A DNA stretch of 57,111 nt, the filler included, from Sphacelaria rigidula (taxonomy: Eukaryota): the NCBI GenBank assembly GCA_964200075.2. It is 5 parts of 5 records of this genome, joined end to end, with 100 filler letters (N's around TTAATTAATTAA, not from the genome) between each part and the next. Parts side by side here need not be neighbours in the genome. Positions count along the whole stretch, not along the records: positions 11,445 to 22,787 come from CAXNAA020005041.1; 4 more parts are not named here. One strand, written 5' to 3'. The translations under genes were made by a program, and so were the position numbers. The notes beneath the pieces are model-generated. The model did not search any database. It was not told the origin of the DNA and was given only the letters and a program-made list of their open reading frames with translations. Of the stretch, positions 11,445-22,887 are shown piece after piece; the first letter of the stretch is position 1; each line of letters opens with the position of its first letter.

Positions 11445-13425
11445 GGGCTGTGGTTCCTTGGGGAGGGGAGGGGCGGCTTGCATGAGCGAGCCGAGCGGGG
11501 CGGGGGCCGGGCGAGCGTGGTCCACCATATGACCATCACGTGCACGCACTCAAAATGCGGGTGATTCGCTGCAGACAAGCATATGTGCATGGTGAACACA
11601 GATGAATCAAACACACGGCAATACCGTAAGAGCAAAAGCACTTGCAGTTGGTGACCCTGGGTATTCTCTTCGTGGGGTATCAGACGGCAAACCAAATACC
11701 GGTGACATATTCCTTGAGAGTGCATACTTCAGTGTAGCAACGAATATTGTCCGGCGGAAATGTTTTTTTTTTTCTTTGTTTAATAGTGTCTCCTGAGGGA
11801 CGAAAAAAAAAGAGCACGGAATATCGTTCAGTGCACGACATGCATTGATAACAAAAAGGTGAACCGAACGTATAACGCTGGGTCATAAGGAAACAGGGTT
11901 GCTATAAAAAATGGAGGTGAAGGCATCCCATGTTCCTTAGCTTCCTCTTTCCAATCACGACCACAACTAATCTGTTGGTCGTCTCATTTCCACAGTGATC
12001 GGAGGGTCAGATCAAAACCATGTGTCGTTCATCGTTATCTACCATGTCTCCTTCGAAAACATGGCGTTGACAGCACGGCGTGATTGGGCTCGTATTGGTT
12101 TGCTCCATTATAGCTGGGCGGCTGCTTCACCCGGGGGCAACAACGCATGGCCGTGTATGCGTCTATTACCTCGAGCGTTCAAATTCGCTAGTTGAGTTGT
12201 GATTGCCAAAAAGGTGCCTCTTGTCGAATCGGCCAACTTTGTGTTTCATATTTTTTTTTCATCTCCCGCATGCCGACACACTCATGAAAACAAAACGGAA
12301 CAGAATAAGAGTAAGAACTAGTTACCTCCTATTTGTCACATCGGGTGGTGACTTGAAAATATCAAGCTAGTGTATCAACAATCGCTTGCATCGACTTTTT
12401 CCGTCACGGCGGTTTAACGTCCATTGATGACAAAGATTGTGGATGGTAATCTCAACCATGTGAGTTTCTCTCTCGAGACACGCAAGGCCCTGCAACCATG
12501 GCAACGCAAAATCCCCCGAGCAACCGAAGAGATCTCGACGAGGTTCGATGTTGTCAGGCCAGCTGCAATGTACTCCGCGGCTGCGCGGGGTCGCAACAGC
12601 TTTTCTATCTCGCCAAAATAAGCTATTCTTCAAACGTGATCACCTGGAAATGTACCCTCTCCGTCATCCTGCTGTATCTAAGGGATAAAATGAATGTTGT
12701 ATCATTTATTCGTTTACTCAGTTTCCCGTCTGTGACCACAGAAAGCAACAGAAATGACCAGGTGATCTGCAAGTATTGCCATTATCCATTCGCATTTACT
12801 GAGAAAATGTCTCTAGAATTCACATACTGCTGTAGCTATCGGCCATGGTCTTTATTCATGTATATACGTGAACATTGGCGTTGAAGCTGTAGTTTGAATC
12901 GACATGCGCATATGGCAAACGACTTTATCCTGTGCAGAGTTGGAACATATCAAATCTTATGCACAGCACAGTATTGATGAGCGTTTCGTGAGTGCAAGTA
13001 CAATCCAAGAGCGTTGCGAGGCTCATTTCCATCCCCTACTCGCCTAGCAAGGACGCCCCTCATTCGTCTCTGCAATATTGTGCATGCCCAGGTACGCTGA
13101 GCGCTGACGACATGCAACACAGCTTTGTGCCATCGCTTCAAGCCCATCCCAGTCCTCGACACCCTGATTCGCCGCTCCAAATTCTGCGTGTGTATGGGAA
13201 GGGAGGAGGGGGGGGAACCAACGAAAAATCAGAGAATTACGGAGCTGAGATCCTCGATGCCATCACTAGAGGCCCCCAAAATACAGTGCGGTAGTGCCAC
13301 CAAAGCGGATCTGACTAGCGTACAGTCTACACATATCGGGATACAGCGGTCCTGACACGCGCCAATTTCAGCTTTCTGCAAGGCAAGAGGTGGAAACAAA
13401 TGATGAAGATGTGGGTAGACTAACG

Positions 13426-13592
13426 TTCCGCACTACTGCAGCAATATGTTTCCGCATCACTACAGCAATATTTTCCGCACTACTGCAGCGATATGTTCCC
13501 GCACTACTGCAACAATATGTTTCCACACTACTGCAGCAACGTATTTCCGCACCGCTGAAGCAATATATGTCCGCACTACTGCAGCGATAAGT
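13426..13592. repeat. 24-bp minisatellite x7 (TTCCGCACTACTGCAGCAATATGT)
   Basis: Seven contiguous degenerate units with no spacers. Confidence 0.92.
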
Positions 13593-14110
13593 TTTCGGTA
13601 GCCAGGACACACCGCCGGCAGCAATCGACGACCACAAGTCCCGCATATATTTGCATGGCACCACCACGAGTGCCTCATCCCTGCGAAATACAAATAACGT
13701 TACGAAGTATACCCTACAAGCCTGAAGTCGCGAAACCGATGTATTGAATACCGGGAGTCAGAGTCACACCACGCGGTCTACACGCACATATCTATGCATC
13801 TATGTATTTTCACGGGGGGAAAGTAGTACCGTTCAGTTCCCGTCCGAAATCAGTTGCCACCCGACGCCACCGTGACAGAGCTGCTACATAACCTGAAGTC
13901 GCTGCGAAACCGGTTTTACAGCGGAGTTTCCGCCCACCTGTTCCTCGTGCTATCTGTTTTGTACCTCATATGCGTAGGATCGGTCAGGGGATACAGGTTG
14001 ATCGTGCCGCATGAGAAACATTTTACATTCTGCGACGACCAAACCAACAGTCGCATGTTGGCTTTTTGGGCGTTTTTCCCGTATGCGCTGTGTGCACGAG
14101 AAACATAATG

Positions 14111-14624
14111 CTAGAGACAGGGACAGAGACGACGAAGATTCCCCTCACGGTCCGTGCGAATTCGGTGCGTCTCGACTCCCCTTTGCATCACCTCTGAACA
14201 GGCCTCGAGCAGATGCAAGCGCCGATCATTGAGCTGCTTCCTCTTTTCCTCCACACCAAACAGTTCGTGCTCCTCCACCAGAACCACCCAGCACGGCTGC
14301 ACCTCGCTAGCGCCTCCTTTACCTATCGACGACCCTTGATCCGTGGCGCTTACCGCAATACTACCATCGATGGTCCAACTTTGTTGCATCCCGGAACTAA
14401 CATCGATCGTCGGATTCTGCTGAATGCCTGTACGCTCATGAGTCGACGAGCCTCGTTGAACTGTTGATAAGACCCGGGTGCTCGAAGGCCCTCCAGTTTC
14501 GGCAGACGTTGACACAGTCTCGGCACCCGAGAGACTGTTGCAGGGGGATGGCTTCGGACCCCCCGGAGTGTATCCCAACTCGTGCTCGGCTGGAACAAGG
14601 GCTCTCCTCACGTCTTGACGCCGC
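14111..14624 (-). CDS. Probable terminal exon of an unknown protein (RRQDVRRALV...GNLRRLCPCL*)
   Basis: GGCAG acceptor after a pyrimidine tract; 514 nt open to TAG; phase 2 matches the candidate exon at 20132-20209. Confidence 0.6.
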
Positions 14625-14777
14625 CTGCCGGTGAGGATTTGGAAAATTGTGCGTTTTTTTTCTGTCACATCAGGGGATCCCGTGTTTTGAAATTCAAACA
14701 CTTATGCCCGTCAAGTTTGAATTCGGTCATTTGGGGGGTTGGAAGGTGGTATTCAGGGAATACTGTGCTACCCCTAA

Positions 14778-15249
14778 GGCCGCTCCTTGTAACAGACAAA
14801 AATGAAAACCTGGAAAAGTGCCTCTTTGGAGCTTTTACGTCGTTTTACGCCCTAAAATAGAGCTAGGCGGAGCTTGACTCCTTGGAATTACTTGCTCTAC
14901 TAGTTGAGGCGGGTCCAGGATACCATACCGTTTTCCGGTGGTCTCAGTTAATATTTTGGCCAAACAAGAATTTTTTTCCAAGAACGGTCAAAAACAGTCA
15001 AATCCAGAAAGAAATGCTACTATTCTCTGAACCTGATCATTCTTGGACAAAGATTCTTGTTCCACCAAAATATTAACTGCGACCACCGGAAAACGGTAAG
15101 ATGTACTGGAAGCGCCTCAACCAGTAGAGCAAGTCATTCCAAGGTGTCAAACTCCGCCTAGCTCTCTCTCTTCTAGGGCGTAAAACGACGTAAAAGCTCC
15201 AAAGAGGTACTTTTTCAGATTTTTATCCTTGTCTTTATAAGGAGCGGCC
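14778..15249. mobile_element. PIF/Harbinger-type (Tourist-like) foldback MITE, 472 bp
   Basis: TIR GGCCGCTCCTT..AAGGAGCGGCC, TAA target duplication (14775-77 and 15250-52), arms inverted over ~200 bp. Confidence 0.88.
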
Positions 15250-15325
15250 TAAGCCTTCCTTTATTCTTGTCGGGATGCGACGATGTCAGCGACGCGGGAG
15301 GATATAAGTGCTGTCATGGGCGGTC

Positions 15326-15700
15326 GCCCCGGTGGCTCAGTTGGTAACCTCGAAACCTTCTGACGGTTGGGTCGTGGGTTCATATCTCGGAGCGATCTGG
15401 GATATTTTTCTTACACCATGCCAAACAGTGGAGAGCGAGTATATCGTGGGTACACAAAATTCGACGTAACAGTCGGCGAGGGAAAGAGACTGCTAAACCC
15501 CTCTCGCGATAACAAATAATGGCAAGCACCGCAGAAGGAAGGTGGGGTACAAAAAACAAGTGAAAAAGAAAAAGCTCCTGTGTTGACCTTCCTCCTGTGT
15601 GACCCCGACTGGTGCGCCCACATATACCGAAAGGTGTAGACCGGTGCCCGGAATAGATGGGACGATAATACACACACAACACATATGGAGGAACAACGTG
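15326..15700 (+). mobile_element. tRNA-derived SINE family 1 (tRNA-Arg-like head)
   Basis: A box TGGCTCAGTTGG, B-box-like GGTTCATATCTC, CTTCTGA anticodon-like loop; body repeated at 9690-9960. Confidence 0.75.
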
Positions 15701-15839
15701 TGCCCCACGAGCCACCTAGTCCTCCTCAACGTCCAGTGAAGGAGCCCAAGACCCCGAGGACTCACGCCGAAGCAACGCACCCGGAGCAGGGGGGAGAATA
15801 TGGGTGAACTCTATGGCGCGAGAATTCTACGGGCTCAAG

Positions 15840-17295
15840 AAGGCGGGGGCAGTAGATGTAGCCGAGAAGCAATCGGTCGATAATTAAGTTCACAGCAAGT
15901 GGGTATACAACTGGAAAGCTGACAAGTTTTGAAGGCCAACCAAAGCGAAATCAAGGTATATTTCGAGAGGAGAAGGAGATATATGCAAAGGGCAGGTATA
16001 GACTTTGGTGAATCGCATGCACCCACCGCAGCGGTTTTGAGTGTATGATCTGTTGACAGCTCTAGCCTGTGAGCTGGATCTTTCTGTACGTCATGTCGAT
16101 ATCGAACAGGCTTTTGTTCAATCAGTGTTGGACGAAGACGTTTTGGTGCGACCGCCCTCTGGCCGTGGTAACTCATCTGGTAAGATATTAAGACTTGATA
16201 GATCGCTCTATGGCCTCCGACAAGCGTCTAGACAATGGCACAAATTCCCAGCGAAATGTGTGAGAAGCCTAGGTTTTGACCAGTGTTCAGCAAAATCATG
16301 CGTTTTCCGCTTAATGGATAACGATAGAGTGATAATTACTTTGCTGGTACATGTGGATGACATCTTTGCTGTAGGGGATGGAAAAAGGGTGTGATGGATT
16401 TGGTGAGCAGCTCAACACGATGGTTCCAGTGCAAAACCTTGGACAACTGCGATGGTATTCTGGACTGTATTACGAAAGAGGTTCGGAGAAGGAGACACCA
16501 TTAATAACCATATCAGAACAGACATTTGCGGAGGATTTGGCAAAGAAATACGATGTATCATGAGGTAGTAGAAGCTCCATGAATGCTAGTCTGAAGCTTT
16601 GAGACTTTAGTGAGGACGAGCAGACTACAGCATTTCCATTCAGGGAATTGATGGGATCACTGATGTGGCTAGCAAATCAAAAGAGACCAGACATTTCCAA
16701 TGCAGCGAGAGCAAAAGCAAGGTAGTGCACATCCCCGAGGCAAATCCATTGGCGTACTGCACTTGTTATTCTAGGTTACGTAAGGCGGATGAGTTCGTTG
16801 GGTATCACTTCCCGGAGAGGTAGTTTTCAGGTTCTTAATTTTCAGAGGTATGTTGATGCTCATACGCGAGTAAGGCAGCCGACAGACGATCGGTGTCGAG
16901 GGGGGGCTAGTAATGTGTGGGGATAGATGTGTCTCATGGTTTTCGAGGACTCAAAGATGTGTAACGCTATCAAAATTAATAGCAAAGTACGTCGCTGTGA
17001 CTGACGTGGTGAAGTAGTTGCTACTCTTGAGGCAAGTGTGGCATTTTACGTTACTGGGGTTGGAGAGTCGTGTATTCGTGTGTTCAAGGATAATCAAGGT
17101 GCGCCATTGAGCCGGCGCAAAATCCCATCACAAACTCCGACGCCAAGCACATCGATATCAGGTATCATTCTATCATGGAGTTATAACAGTGAGAAAGGGT
17201 TATATATCGATTATCCACGTAAGATCGGAGTATCAACATGCTGGTTTCTTCACAAAGGTGTTACCTACAGAGTCTTTTGTGTTTCACTGTAATTA
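15840..17295 (+). mobile_element. Ty1/copia pol relic: reverse transcriptase and RNase H (frameshifted)
   Basis: HVDIEQAFVQ, LDRSLYGLRQASRQW, LLVHVDDIF, LGQLRWYSG, FRELMGSLMWL, DRRSVS, VSWFSRTQRCVTLS, DNQGA, KHIDIRYH; several stops and frameshifts. Confidence 0.95.
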
Positions 17296-17382
17296 TGTTA
17301 TGGGCATTAATTGACTTTGGCGTGAGTAAGGAGCCATAAGTTTGTCTGTGTGAGAGCAAATTTCAAGGATAAAGCTCCACTC

Positions 17383-17712
17383 AGGGGGGCTATTCGATAC
17401 GCCCGGACTATATTCTTGTGCTTGTGTATTTGTGTTGGATCGTGTGAACGCACGGTCAGATTGAATACAGAATGGATTAGTAGGAGAATCAGAGGATGGA
17501 CCAATCACGTATGCGAGATTGTAGAATGACAGGTGTACCGCATATTCACCACTCAGATACCATGCGCCCACCTTGTCACATGGCTTGGTTTCTTGCATTC
17601 AGCAGCTCGGGAGGAGCGTGGAGTCTGTGGTCTATGTTTGATTGGTGAGTCAAGAGTGGAAGAGTGATCAATACAAGGAGATAATATACTTTTCCCTCTG
17701 TCACGTCTCAAC
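17383..17712 (+). mobile_element. Polypurine tract and putative 3' LTR of the copia relic
   Basis: AGGGGGG about 90 bp after the RNase H end; LTR limits approximate, no second LTR to confirm them. Confidence 0.45.
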
Positions 17713-18989
17713 CGCGCAAGGAGCTGCCAATTACGTCAAGTTGTAATTCGGTCTCTGAGGAGTTGCAAGGTGGTATTCAGGGAACATTGTGCTACCCCGA
17801 AGCTATTTTCCATAATTTCTCGTCGCTTGTTTTCAATCTTGTTTTCGGTTCTCTTTCTTCGTTTTGTTTCGTTTCCCGATGGGGGGGGGGTTAAGATTTT
17901 TTTGTTTGTTCAACGGTTTTTCATTTCATCTTTCCCCGTTGTCGAGTTTCCTTCAGCGAATATTTCTCTTCTGTTTATCTCGTGTACGTCTGTCTCTAGT
18001 ATGTAACCACGGCTATATTACTCGGAGATTAGCAAATCAAATCAAATCCTGAGTGATTATGTTATGCTCCAGTATGCGGTGTGGTGTGCTAAATAATCAG
18101 TCTTACTGTAATACAGGCAGCAAATGGAGGTGGAAAAGCCCGAGCCTGACAGGGTCCGTGAAATCAGCCTACGAAGAGTAGTATACTAGTGCAGAGACTA
18201 CAAAAAACGCGAAGTGCGAGACGGTGTGCAGTAGAGTGTTCCTGGGAGATTCGTTGTTTTTGTTGGGTAACACTTGCCACGGTATGTATGGCGTATCGTG
18301 TTCTGGCTTTGGGGGTAGAGACGGTAAACGTTTCTGGCACTCGAAGGGTATATTACTCCTGCAGCTAGCTATTCCTTGCAGGGTCCGATCGCCAAACAAA
18401 AACATCGACGGCTTACAGTGCAATATCGGCCATGGTCTTGGTTTCTTGCGACCGTTATCTCCGTCTACGTAGCCAGGGGCGGGCAACGGGAGCAGAGGGC
18501 GCATGCTACCATAAAAACAGGCAGAACAAGCACACATGTATTGAGTCAAGATACCGACACTCGTACGTGCAAAATTTTACCCTTTCAGCTTTTGGTTCCA
18601 TAAGTTGAAATTCCCCCTCCCCACGGAGGTGCGGGGGGGAGGGCACATGGGTATCCCGAATTCTTGTCTAGGGGACCTCCTGTCGCATTATCTCTTCTCA
18701 AATATAACTGCACGCGTATTTGACCATTTATTGGCAGAGCTCGACAGAATGCTAATGCCTCACCCCATCAAACTTCGAAGTATTCGAACGAAATCTCGTG
18801 TCCGTCCTGCTAGCAGGTAATCACACAATCTCGTATTCGACATCGTTGCCAGTCTGGCTTGACCACACTACAGGGGGACCCCGCACTATCACTATAGCCG
18901 TATGGTGCAATTCATGTGATGGTAGTACGCTTCTCTGTTCTCTTCACTTTCCTTCAGCGAATGTCTTCCGTATTGATTTATCTCGGGTA

Positions 18990-19325
18990 CGAGTGATGCC
19001 ACGATAGCCCCCCTCCCCCCAAAACAGTTCTCTGTAGGGATGCGAGGTCAATGGTATTGACTATGGCATGCATGATCATGAGTACACCCCCCCTCCAAAC
19101 CAGTCCGTAAACTATCACGAATAAAATGGCCATACAGTGCGCATGATAGCCGGTTTCAGACGCCATGAAGCGCCTCATATGGGCGATATTGGCAAAAACG
19201 ATCGCAAGCGTGGCAAGTCTCAGCTGCTCGGCGTGCTCGGCTCCTGTCAGTTTGATTTTACATGTGAAAAAAAAGCCTCCTCAAATCAGCCACTTTTCTG
19301 GGGGGGGCTATCGCGGCATGAGTCG
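18990..19325. mobile_element. Tc1/mariner-type MITE with a LINE family B tail nested inside
   Basis: TIR CGAGTGATGCCACGATAGCCCCC / GGGGGCTATCGCGGCATGAGTCG, TA duplication; removing it restores a host repeat also seen near 19640-19665(-). Confidence 0.8.
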
Positions 19326-20131
19326 TACGTCCATCTTGTGGAAAATGACCGCGGCTGAATCGCTTCGGGATCAGTTAATGTGCGATAATCAATCAGTCAA
19401 AGTTCATGTAGCGGATCGGAGTTGGGACAAACGATTTCGACCGGTTTTATGGTAGGGCTCAGCACTTTACGGCACTTCACGCTCCCTCCACGGTGACGTC
19501 AACCACCTCTTTATCAACAACCTACAGTACGACGATAGCACGCGTGTACAGTATTCTTGAAAATGATATATACGGCATGCGGGCGCAAACATTAATTGCC
19601 AGCACATTGAGCCTTCTCCGAGGAACCCAGCCGTGGTCACAAGATAGACGTCCCCGAGATAAACTGAATACAAGTTCAGGCTACAGGAAAATAAACGCAA
19701 AAAAACAAAACATGCGAAAAATATAGAGAACAAACAAAACGATTGAACAGAAAAACAGCAAAAACATAAACAGGCATGAAAATATACATTTATCGATATC
19801 ATGTTCGTGAAAATCTCCAAAACTATACCTACAGTGTGGTGCCGCTATTTGCGCAGATAAAATGTCGGACTGCACATACACAGAGTATGACAGTGCATTG
19901 CCTCGAAAGCAACTCTTTCAGTAGAAGGTCACCATTCATTGCTCAGAAACTGCCTCTAAACCAAAGCCTAATGGATCCAAAAACCGATGAAAACGCCTGA
20001 ACATATTTTGTGGGGGTCCCTTCCTTGAGGTAGTCATACGAGGTATAGGCCTGCTTTCTGAAGGTTCACCCACTGTACTGGGGGCGATGATATCCGACCC
20101 AATTTCTCGAACTTTCACTAGACGACCTTAC

Positions 20132-20209
20132 CTGTCAGTAGATTTTGCTGCACCCCTTTCTCTAGCCAAAGGGTCTGGAGCGCTGCCTCCGACGATCTTA
20201 ACCGGTTCT
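20132..20209 (-). CDS. Candidate internal exon (EPVKIVGGSAPDPLARERGAAKSTD)
   Basis: CTTCTTCACAG acceptor, AG|GTAAGG donor, 78 nt, phase 2 to 2. Confidence 0.55.
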
Positions 20210-20348
20210 CTGTGAAGAAGTAACACGCACCATAATTTGCAGTCAACTTGGGTTCCAAGTAGATACGATGCCTTTAGGTCACACCTGATGCAATCTTCAA
20301 TCGATGGACGCAGGAACAAATTTCTTGGGGGGGGGGGGGGGAGACGGG

Positions 20349-20625
20349 GTACTCATTCGTTGCTTGCCTTGGTCACTTGAGCATTGACCACGTATCCCTT
20401 TCGAGACGGAGCACCGTTCACACTCCCAGTAGAGACACCTCAACATTTGGGCGCTCATTACGTTTTTTTCCATACAGTACATGAGAAGATTTTGCATCCT
20501 TCATCTTTTCGCCGTCTGTGACCACCATCCATCTCTTAGTATAGCAATCGTTTTCTCCGCCACCATATAATGTACCAAGTTTATCCATGTCAAATTCGTT
20601 TAGACCCCTCATCTCCACATCTAAC
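20349..20625 (-). mobile_element. LINE-like family A 3' terminus
   Basis: Encodes EMRGLNEFDMDKLGTL...KKRNERPNV...NGAPSRKG; ends TGAGTAC plus C-run; copies near 35463, 47237, 48452 and 54607. Confidence 0.8.
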
Positions 20626-21959
20626 ACGCCACGTTCCTGGGTGGAGGGGGGGGAGATCCAATTGTAACCTGAAACAAACCAGGAGTCAAAAAAGAGTCGC
20701 GTTGCGTAGGTGTACTTCGTTGTGAAAAAGCTTCACATCCTGTACAACATACTTGCGTTGTCAAAAAGTGTACTGGATACAGTATCGAATATTGCGTATA
20801 TTGCAATACACGGCAGATTCAATACTGTACGCAGTAAATTTTTCGACAATGTCATATATTGTCCAGGAAATGGAAAAAACAAAATCGTTCTTTCACCCCC
20901 CAGGCAAAAACATAAGGTACTGTGTAATCGGAAAATGAGTGTGTATTACATATATCCTGCGCTCCGCGGTGCTAGAGATGGAATACCCACCATACTGTGA
21001 CGGTGTGGAACCGTTGCCATGAACATTCTCTATCTATGGCACACCCCGTATTTCGCACGACCACCTTAAGCATGGAGGCCTCATGCAGAATAGATCATTT
21101 CTGCCTCAAAGTGGGAACGAAAAATTCTGAAATTCCGTGGTAAATGTTACCGAAAAACAATACCACCCGGGTTGGAGTCATTTCGTCGCTCTGGAACGCG
21201 TTTGTCTGGTCAGATTTGTGGTGTCGCTTGAGCCCGCACGAGGAAGCCATTTTTTGTAGCCTGCTCTGATTATTGTTTTGAGGAAATGTAGTACGTATTC
21301 GCGGGATTCGACGTCCGACGGCGATGAGATTCCCTGTCATGTGCGACGTACATGAAGCGGTGCAAGCTCAAAATCACTGAAGAATTTGATGTATCGTGAG
21401 AGTGAGACCGTCTATCCTTGGGTCATAGGTTCCTCTTTTCTTGAAGCGTTGCTGAGATAGCCTAACCTGTTGCTACTCTGCTGGAATATACTCTGTCAGC
21501 CAGACGTCGACCGAATGGAGTGTGCAGAACGCTCGTTATCTTGTTGAAATGTAGTTTCGCGTACGTGTACCGTTAGGTGTTATCAGGAGTATAGCACCCC
21601 CACCGATAACAAACGAAGACCTCCACTTTTAGCTGAATAAAAAAAGGATTTACACCACCATTAGATCCCGCTCACCGAAAAATCACGAAAACCTATTTCT
21701 AACGACACAAGAATCGTGGGCATGACGGCCATAGTTTTCGAGTAAGTATATGCACATCTATTCAATAAATGAGAAAAAATATTCCGCAAAAAGTTAACCC
21801 CTGGCTCGTGCGGTATTGCGGGTTAACTTACGACTATCGTCTCCATCCTATCGAGTGCCTGTTAACGTCTTGAATGTTTTCCTGTGTAGTATCTCCTATC
21901 GGTATGTATGCTAAAATTAATACGAAAAAAGCAACACACAAGATTTGACGTCTGGCTTG

Positions 21960-22308
21960 TGCATTGCTTTTTTTTTTCGTCACACTTTCAACCCCTCTCC
22001 TTTCTCGGAATGAATCCGTCGTGTAATGGTCTAACGGTCTCCAAGAGATCAACTCGTCTCTCCCTCGGCACACGCCTCGCATTGTGGTCTCGCAGATCGG
22101 ATCATGACCAATACTCCCGCGCACCGCGTCGCCTGCCGTCAACCAAGCTCGAAAAAGGTACAGTATTGCTGCTACTGAACTCCTCACGTTTTCAAACAAC
22201 GGAAATAAGGTACTTTAAAGCAAAACCCCCAATCGCATCTATCGAGTCGTACCCGCGTTCCTTCCCATCTGAAGCTGACAGCTGTAGCATTAGACACACC
22301 ACCGGGAC
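21960..22308 (-). mobile_element. tRNA-derived SINE family 2
   Basis: Head CCCGGTGGTGTG..CGCGGGTACGACTCG; body shared with 34600-34931. Confidence 0.6.
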
Positions 22309-22787
22309 GGGGGGCTCATACAGTACTGCGAGTCAACATCCAAGCAACTTCTAAATATTATATATACATATATATATACGTATGTCGACCTCCATGTGAT
22401 ATAGTTACTGATATACATATATATATATATATACTCCCTCTGTCACATAAGTAAAGGTACCTAAATTTGTACGGGTCCTTAACGATATCCGATCGTTTTC
22501 TTCCAATGAACTCTACGGTGTTTTTTGGATCAAGAAAATGTGTTCAAAATTTGCAGCTCGTGCTTGAACCATGCCGCCGAACGGCTGCAAAAAGAGTAGT
22601 CGGCCCAAAAATGGCCGTTTTTTGCCCTTTTCCGAGGGGAAAAAAAGCGTCGAATTTTTTTCTTGAAGTTTTTTAATCGCCCTCTCCTCCACTGGAGCTT
22701 ACTGCCAGGAAGTCCCACGCGATTAGGAAAATTCAGAAAAAAAAAAAAAAAAAAAATAAAAAACAACAGAGAGAGAAAAGAAAAAAA

Positions 22788-22887
22788 NNNNNNNNNNNNN
22801 NNNNNNNNNNNNNNNNNNNNNNNNNNNNNNNTTAATTAATTAANNNNNNNNNNNNNNNNNNNNNNNNNNNNNNNNNNNNNNNNNNNN
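22788..22887. other. Artificial contig linker
   Basis: N44-TTAATTAATTAA-N44. Confidence 0.98.

Noticed and set aside
11995..13200. Continuation of the contig 1 plus-strand gene
   Set aside because: Different contig, and no phase-consistent exon chain found
13426..13592. CRISPR-like array
   Set aside because: Units are contiguous with no unique spacers, there are no cas genes, and the context is eukaryotic
15326..15395. Functional tRNA genes (also 34860-34931 and 55013-55090)
   Set aside because: Acceptor stems do not close; the first two run into repeated SINE bodies and the third sits inside a LINE fragment
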